Below are positions 59,085-64,000 of a stretch of 64,000 bases of DNA, in pieces. The stretch's first letter is position 1; each line of letters opens with the position of its first letter. The notes beneath the pieces were generated by a model that was not told where the DNA came from, made no database searches, and worked only from the letters and a program-made list of their open reading frames with translations. Origin of the DNA: an uncultured Bacteroidales bacterium (lineage in GTDB: Bacteria > Bacteroidota > Bacteroidia > Bacteroidales > VadinHA17); assembly GCA_963789985.1 (NCBI GenBank), contig CAWBNA010000015.1, positions 76,302-140,301 on the forward strand, read 5' to 3'. A program made the translations under genes and the position numbers.

Positions 59085-59663
59085 ATGGAAACGAATGTAG
59101 GTCATTCAAAAGCAGCATCAGGTAACATACACAATGATCTTATCGAATGTTGTAAAAGAGGGGACCAGAAGGCACAATTTCAGATTTATAAACTGTATTA
59201 TAAAGCAATGTACAACACAAGTTTGAGAATTGTCAATGATCCCATGGAGGCTGAAGATATCATGCAGGAATCATTTCTTGCTGCTTTTGAACAGATCGGT
59301 TCCTATTCAGGAAATGTCAGTTTTGGAGCATGGCTTAAAAAGATAGTACAATACAGGTCGATTGACAGCTGGAGAAAAAGCAGTAAAGTGATCTTTGAAG
59401 ATATTGAATCTCTAAGTGAAACCGTAAGTGATTCATATGAAAATCCCTTTTCTGATGAAGAACCTGATGGCAGCTTCAATAGAATAATTGAAGCGATCAA
59501 ACGACTCTCAGTAGGATTCAGGAATACTTTTTCACTCTATTTTCTTGAAGGTTACGACCATAAGGAAATCAGTGAAATATTATCAATTTCGACAAGTACT
59601 TCAAGGTCCCAGCTCTCAAGAGCTAAAAAAAGACTCATCTCAGAATTTAAACGGGATCAATGA
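59085..59663 (+). CDS. ECF-subfamily sigma-70 factor
   Basis: Region 2 (DAEDIMQESFLAAF-like: EAEDIMQESFLAAF) and region 4 HTH (EGYDHKEISEILSISTSTSRSQLSRAKKRL). The start METNVG at 59085 is preferred over 59034, which abuts the palindromes. Confidence 0.8.
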   Translation: METNVGHSKAASGNIHNDLIECCKRGDQKAQFQIYKLYYKAMYNTSLRIVNDPMEAEDIMQESFLAAFEQIGSYSGNVSFGAWLKKIVQYRSIDSWRKSSKVIFEDIESLSETVSDSYENPFSDEEPDGSFNRIIEAIKRLSVGFRNTFSLYFLEGYDHKEISEILSISTSTSRSQLSRAKKRLISEFKRDQ

Positions 59664-59795
59664 ACACTCCTTTCCCTATAACACTTAATCTATTAAAAAA
59701 ACAAGGATTTATCTCCGTTTCTTAATGGCCGGCTTATTCCGGTCTGACGGATCGGTATCATCGGCTTTTCCGCCGGTAATTAATTTAAGGAACGA

Positions 59796-60113
59796 TTAAT
59801 CTATTGCAATTCTCTGTACAGTGATCATCTTATTTGGGCACCCATCAATGTTTGACAACTGCCAGTCAAGTTTCACAACCAATGGGAAAGTCTCTTTGGC
59901 CAGGTCAATATTTGAATTGTCTGGCAGGGAATCAAATTCATAAGTCAAACTATCAATTTTTATAAACCACCCGCCGCAACAAGGAGAAGGGCACATTCTG
60001 GGGTCCTGACCTGTAATTATTCCAATCGATTCATAATCATGACCATTTTCTTTCCGGCAGCAACAGGCTCCAAAAACAATTAAACAGATAATCAATAGAA
60101 TTTTATTTCTCAC
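59796..60113 (-). CDS. Small Cys-rich putative lipoprotein
   Basis: 105 aa with a GTG start. Lipobox-like LIVFGAC followed by CC, an internal CPSPCCGGW and a later C. No family recognised. Confidence 0.45.
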   Translation of the reverse strand: MRNKILLIICLIVFGACCCRKENGHDYESIGIITGQDPRMCPSPCCGGWFIKIDSLTYEFDSLPDNSNIDLAKETFPLVVKLDWQLSNIDGCPNKMITVQRIAID

Positions 60114-60506
60114 TTTAACCTGTTTGAGATTTATTATATGACGTACATTATGGCAATCAGGTTGCTTTCAATATCGTAAAAATTGCAGATTTTGCTAAAA
60201 ATCCGTCGTTCACTAATCTTATAAGCTCATTGATTCTCCATAATTTAATTTTCAATATTGTCAATTCCATTCTCCCAGGTCCTTTGAAAAAAGGGAACTT
60301 GTTTGAGCAGGAAAATTAAATTTGACATTAAATATTTTAAGTATAATTTTGATTAAGTAATTGTAAAAATAGCAGTTAAAAAAATATTCCTGAGGGATTG
60401 ATAACATGTCGCAGATAAATATGTTATAATAAAACGGGAATAATTTTCGATTATTTAAATTGAAATGTTATATATTCGATGCATCAATAAGATAAAATCA
60501 ATAACT

Positions 60507-61538
60507 ATGAAAAGAAGGATTTTCGTTTTGACAGGACTTTTATTGTCTTTGCCCGGTCTTAATGGCCAGAATGCTCCTTACGGATATAAGATAGTTCAGA
60601 AGATCAATCTCGAAGGAGATGGCTTTTGGGATTATCTGAATGCAGACGATGCCACAGGAATGCTCTATGTTTCACATGGTAAAATGGTGCATGTGGTGGA
60701 TATGAAAACCGGCAAAAATGTTGCTACAATTACTGATGTGAATGGAGTTCATGGAATCGCTATAGCCCCTGAATTCAACAAAGGATTTATAAGCAACGGC
60801 CCTGACAGCAATGTGACAGTGTTCAGTACAAAAGATTTCAGTGTAATGGGAAAAGTTGCTGTTACAGGTAAAAATCCAGATGCCATTATTTATGAGCCAT
60901 TCAGCAAAACCATCATTACGTGGAACGGACGGACATCCAATGCCACGGTGATAGATGCAAAAACAGATAAGGTAATTCAGACCATCTCCCTTCAAGGAAA
61001 ACCTGAAGCAGCAGTAAGCGATGGAAAAGGGAAAGTGTTTGTGAACATTGAAGATAAAAGTGAAGTTTGCATGATCAATGTAAAAACCTGGAAAGTTGAA
61101 CAAACATGGTCAATAAGTCCGGGTGAGGGGCCAAGTGGTCTCGCTCTCGACAATGAGAATCATCGCCTCTTCAGCGCTACAGATAAGCTGATGATAGTGC
61201 TGGACGCAGAAACAGGCAAGGTTATCACAACCCTGCCAACAGGTGGTCGTGTGGACGGTGCAGGCTTTGATCCGGTTCTGAAACGTGCATATAGTTCCTG
61301 TGGTGAAGGCGAACTTACAGTTATTCAGGAAGAAAATCCTAATTCATTTAAAGTATTGGCAAATGTGCCGACACAGGCTGGTGCCAGAACTATATCTGTA
61401 AGTGCAGCAACCCGTAGAATTTATTTACCGACTGCTGAATTTGGACCTGCTCCTGAGAAAACAGATCAAAACCAAAGGCCACGTCCATCATTAAAGCCTG
61501 GGACATTTACGGTGCTGGTGGTCGAGCCGGTCAAATAA
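60507..61538 (+). CDS. Secreted YncE/YVTN-type beta-propeller repeat protein
   Basis: Signal peptide from MKRRIFVLTGLLLS at 60507 (track ORF from 60465). Repeated about 40-aa blades with the patterns ..G.HG.A, V.D....KV...I and P.G.A.D. Confidence 0.7.
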   Translation: MKRRIFVLTGLLLSLPGLNGQNAPYGYKIVQKINLEGDGFWDYLNADDATGMLYVSHGKMVHVVDMKTGKNVATITDVNGVHGIAIAPEFNKGFISNGPDSNVTVFSTKDFSVMGKVAVTGKNPDAIIYEPFSKTIITWNGRTSNATVIDAKTDKVIQTISLQGKPEAAVSDGKGKVFVNIEDKSEVCMINVKTWKVEQTWSISPGEGPSGLALDNENHRLFSATDKLMIVLDAETGKVITTLPTGGRVDGAGFDPVLKRAYSSCGEGELTVIQEENPNSFKVLANVPTQAGARTISVSAATRRIYLPTAEFGPAPEKTDQNQRPRPSLKPGTFTVLVVEPVK

Positions 61539-61594
61539 TCTCATCCTCACCTCTATCCTTAAATGAGAGGGTTTATCCGTCAAATTAAATAATT

Positions 61595-61634
61595 TCCATC
61601 CATCTGAGTAAATCTCCGGATGGATGGATTTTTA
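61595..61634 (+). terminator. Rho-independent terminator-like hairpin after the propeller gene
   Basis: 10-bp perfect stem tccatccatc (61595-61604) / gatggatgga (61619-61628) with a 14-nt loop, followed by TTTTT (61629-61633). Confidence 0.6.
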
Positions 61635-61646
61635 TATCAGGTTCAA

Positions 61647-62627
61647 ATGAAAGCGATTGTCTGTGCAAAATACGGAACACCTGATGTTCTTGAGTTAAAA
61701 GAGATCGATAAACCTGTTCCAAATGGTAATGAAGTCCTGATAAAAGTTTATGCAGTATCAATAAACGATTGGGATTGGGGCCTTTTGCAGGGTATTCCGT
61801 TAATAAACCGCCTTTTATCCGGTCTTCTAAAACCGAGGAAAAAAATACTCGGATCCGACATATCAGGGCGAATTGAAGCAATTGGCAAAAACGTAAAACG
61901 GTTCAAGCCAGGGGATGATGTATACGGTGATCTAAGTGGCAGGTGGGGCGGTTTCGCTGAATATGTCCGTGCACCTGAAAATGCCTTGGTCCTGAAACCG
62001 GCCAGTATGACATTCGGGGAAGCAGCTGCAATACCTCAGGCGGCAATGCTCGCTCTACAGGGCCTTCGTGATAAAGTACAAATTCAGCCGGGACAAAAAC
62101 TTTTGATTAATGGTGCCGGCGGTGGTGTAGGCACTTTTGCAGTGCAGATTGCCAAATTATATGGGGCTGAGGTGACTGGCGTTGACAGCTCAGGTAAATT
62201 GGAAATGATGCGCTCAGTTGGTTTTGATCATGTCATTGATTATACACAGGAAGATTTCACTAAAAACGGGAAATGTTATAACCTGATTCTTGATGTTAAA
62301 ACGAACCGTTCGGTATTCGATTATGTCCGTTCATTATGTAAAGATGGCATATATATCACAGTTGGAGGTTCTATGGTTCGCCTTTTGCAAGCTCTATTGC
62401 TGGGACCGTGGATTTCAATTACCAGTAAAAAGAAAATAAGGTTTGTTGCCCTCAAAAAAAACAGGGATCTGGCATATATGAACGAGCTTTACGAAGCTGG
62501 TAAAGTCAAACCTGTGATAGATGGACCCTACAGGTTAGATGAGGTTCCTAAAGCATTCAGGCATTTTGGTGAAGGGGCCCACAAAGGAAAAGTAATAGTA
62601 ACCGTGGAACATAACCATAAACTATAA
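61647..62627 (+). CDS. NAD(P)H-dependent medium-chain (quinone-oxidoreductase-like) dehydrogenase
   Basis: MKAIVCAKYGTPDVLELKE start and GAGGGVGTFAVQIAK Rossmann motif. The track start at 61620 lies inside the terminator stem, so 61647 is preferred. Confidence 0.8.
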   Translation: MKAIVCAKYGTPDVLELKEIDKPVPNGNEVLIKVYAVSINDWDWGLLQGIPLINRLLSGLLKPRKKILGSDISGRIEAIGKNVKRFKPGDDVYGDLSGRWGGFAEYVRAPENALVLKPASMTFGEAAAIPQAAMLALQGLRDKVQIQPGQKLLINGAGGGVGTFAVQIAKLYGAEVTGVDSSGKLEMMRSVGFDHVIDYTQEDFTKNGKCYNLILDVKTNRSVFDYVRSLCKDGIYITVGGSMVRLLQALLLGPWISITSKKKIRFVALKKNRDLAYMNELYEAGKVKPVIDGPYRLDEVPKAFRHFGEGAHKGKVIVTVEHNHKL

Positions 62628-63029
62628 ATGACTGTAACCAATAAAATCATTAACTGGAAATTCTGGCGACACTTAGCACTATATTGCGATTTAAAGCGAA
62701 CATTCGGATATTCATGTGTTTCATGGAAACTATCCGGCAACTCCTTATCCGGTTGAGCAGGTTCAAATAATAGAATGTTCTTTAATGTTTATATCAAAAA
62801 GGAGTTATTGCGTGTGTGATAAAATGGACGTCATAAATGGGATGCTTATATCGGGAAAGAATTATTCTTTTCATTTACTTCCCATATTGGGTGGTCAATT
62901 TATTCCGGCCGGAGGTTGTCAGGGGCAGTGGCTTACTCATTAAGATACCCTTAATTTTAATTATCTTTCATAATGAATTGTTGTTTTTAAAGTTTTTTTG
63001 TTTCTTGGCACTTTTATAAATTTAATAAT

Positions 63030-64000
63030 ATGGGGGAATTAGTTACAAAAGAAGTCCTTACAAGAAAAGAACTCCGCGACTTCATTTATCTTCCTGAAAA
63101 AGTTCATAAAAATGAACCTGATTGGCTGCCTCCTATCTATATGGACGAATGGGAGTTATATAATAAAAAAAAGAATAAATCCTATCAGTATGCTGATGCT
63201 CTCCTATTATCAGCTTACAGGGATAATGTACCTGTAGGCAGAATAATGGGGATAATTAACAAAAGGTATAATGAAATTCATAATGAGCAGCACGGCCGTT
63301 TCTGTTTCATGGAGTGCTATAACGACAAGGAAGTTTTTCATGCTCTCATAACAAGGGTCGAAGAATGGGCAAAACAGAACGGGATGTCCAGGATTATAGG
63401 GCCATTGGGATTTTCTGACAAGGATCCCCAGGGTTTTCAGATAGAGGGATTTGAATATCCTCAGTTTATGACAGCTCCGACCAATTCACCATATATGCCT
63501 GAGCTCATTGAAGCTGAAGGGTTTGAAAAGAATGTCGATCTTGTAAATTACCTTGGCATATTGCCTGAGAAAATCCCTCCTATATATGAAAAAGTATTAT
63601 CCCGGGTCTATAACAACAAAGAATATAAGATCATTGAGTTTAGTTCAAAAAAAGAATTGAAACCATATATCATTGATGTACTTGAACTTATGAATGAGAC
63701 CTTCGCCGAGATCTATGGTTTTGTTCCACTTACCGATAAGGAAAAGACAGAATTTGCTGCCCGTTATATGCCAATTCTCGATCCGAAATTTGTTAAAGTA
63801 ATTGAAACAAGTGATAAACTGATAGGATTTGTTGTCGCTATGCCCGATTTAAGTAAAGGGATACGTGATGCAAAAGGTAAATTGCTTCCTTTTGGGATTT
63901 TTAAGATCCTGAGGGATTCCAGGAAATCGAAAAAATTGCTGATGATGCTTGGTGGTGTCAAAAAAGATTACAGGGATAAAGGTCTCGATGTGCTGATGGG
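63030..64000 (+). CDS. GNAT-like N-acyltransferase-fold protein, 3' end cut by window edge
   Basis: Not in the ORF track because it has no stop in the window. ATG at 63030, open to 64000 (my translation MGELVTKEVLTRKELRDFIYLPEKV...GRFCFMECYND...IGPLGFSDKDPQGFQIEGF...). The pattern resembles a widespread two-lobed GNAT-like family. Assignment is from memory only. Confidence 0.45.
   Translation, partial: MGELVTKEVLTRKELRDFIYLPEKVHKNEPDWLPPIYMDEWELYNKKKNKSYQYADALLLSAYRDNVPVGRIMGIINKRYNEIHNEQHGRFCFMECYNDKEVFHALITRVEEWAKQNGMSRIIGPLGFSDKDPQGFQIEGFEYPQFMTAPTNSPYMPELIEAEGFEKNVDLVNYLGILPEKIPPIYEKVLSRVYNNKEYKIIEFSSKKELKPYIIDVLELMNETFAEIYGFVPLTDKEKTEFAARYMPILDPKFVKVIETSDKLIGFVVAMPDLSKGIRDAKGKLLPFGIFKILRDSRKSKKLLMMLGGVKKDYRDKGLDVLM

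Noticed and set aside
60672-61103. 143-aa reverse ORF inside the beta-propeller gene
   Set aside because: It is antisense, with His/Cys/Phe-rich composition typical of a reverse-frame artefact.
62628-63029. Short forward ORFs (75 and 60 aa) in the 400-bp gap before the GNAT-like gene
   Set aside because: They have no motifs, odd composition and overlapping frames. The gap is more likely a promoter/spacer region.
1-64000. Search for CRISPR arrays, tRNA/rRNA genes, transposases, integrases, phage genes, toxin-antitoxin pairs or classical defence genes (nucleases, helicases, methyltransferases)
   Set aside because: I recognised none on either strand. The only repeats are the 21-bp in-frame repeat, the GC-rich element, the tandem palindromes and the paralogous gene pairs described above.

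Overview
This 64-kb window is a low-GC chromosomal segment that looks like Bacteroidota. The phylum call rests on a T9SS-type C-terminal sorting domain, adjacent gldA/gldF/gldG, two FISUMP-domain paralogs, and DUF4956/DUF4340/DUF5916-type proteins. All family calls come from motif reading and memory; no searches were run. I support about 52 protein genes. I recognised no rRNA, tRNA, CRISPR array, transposase, integrase or phage gene, so this is not an obvious mobile island or classical defence locus.

Observations most worth a second look:
1. 19.8-24.7 kb: a five-gene Kdo-derivative cluster. It has metal-type kdsA, a fructose-6-P-aldolase-like domain fused to a KdsD-type CBS pair, and a KdsC-like phosphatase. 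These converge on a KdnB-like Fe-alcohol dehydrogenase and a KdnA-like DegT aminotransferase. This predicts an 8-amino-Kdo-type sugar made by an unusual route.
2. Two separate loci pair a DUF4956 membrane protein with a secreted CotH-type atypical kinase. One kinase carries a lamin-tail domain and a T9SS tail. The other is a compact divergent CotH-like protein next to a metallophosphoesterase.
3. A KimA-type K+ symporter sits directly upstream of a truncated KdpD-type kinase and KdpE. Phased TTTATA-N5-TTTATA boxes lie in its leader.
4. A Memo-AMMECR1 fusion has a signal-peptide-like N-terminus and no radical-SAM partner nearby.
5. A roughly 160-bp GC-rich, repeat-structured intergenic element lies upstream of a GH29 fucosidase.
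6. A convergent pair of about 45%-identical small paralogs sits next to a membrane AraC regulator and an orphan ECF sigma factor preceded by tandem palindromes.

The remaining genes are ordinary envelope, transport, peptidase and redox genes.
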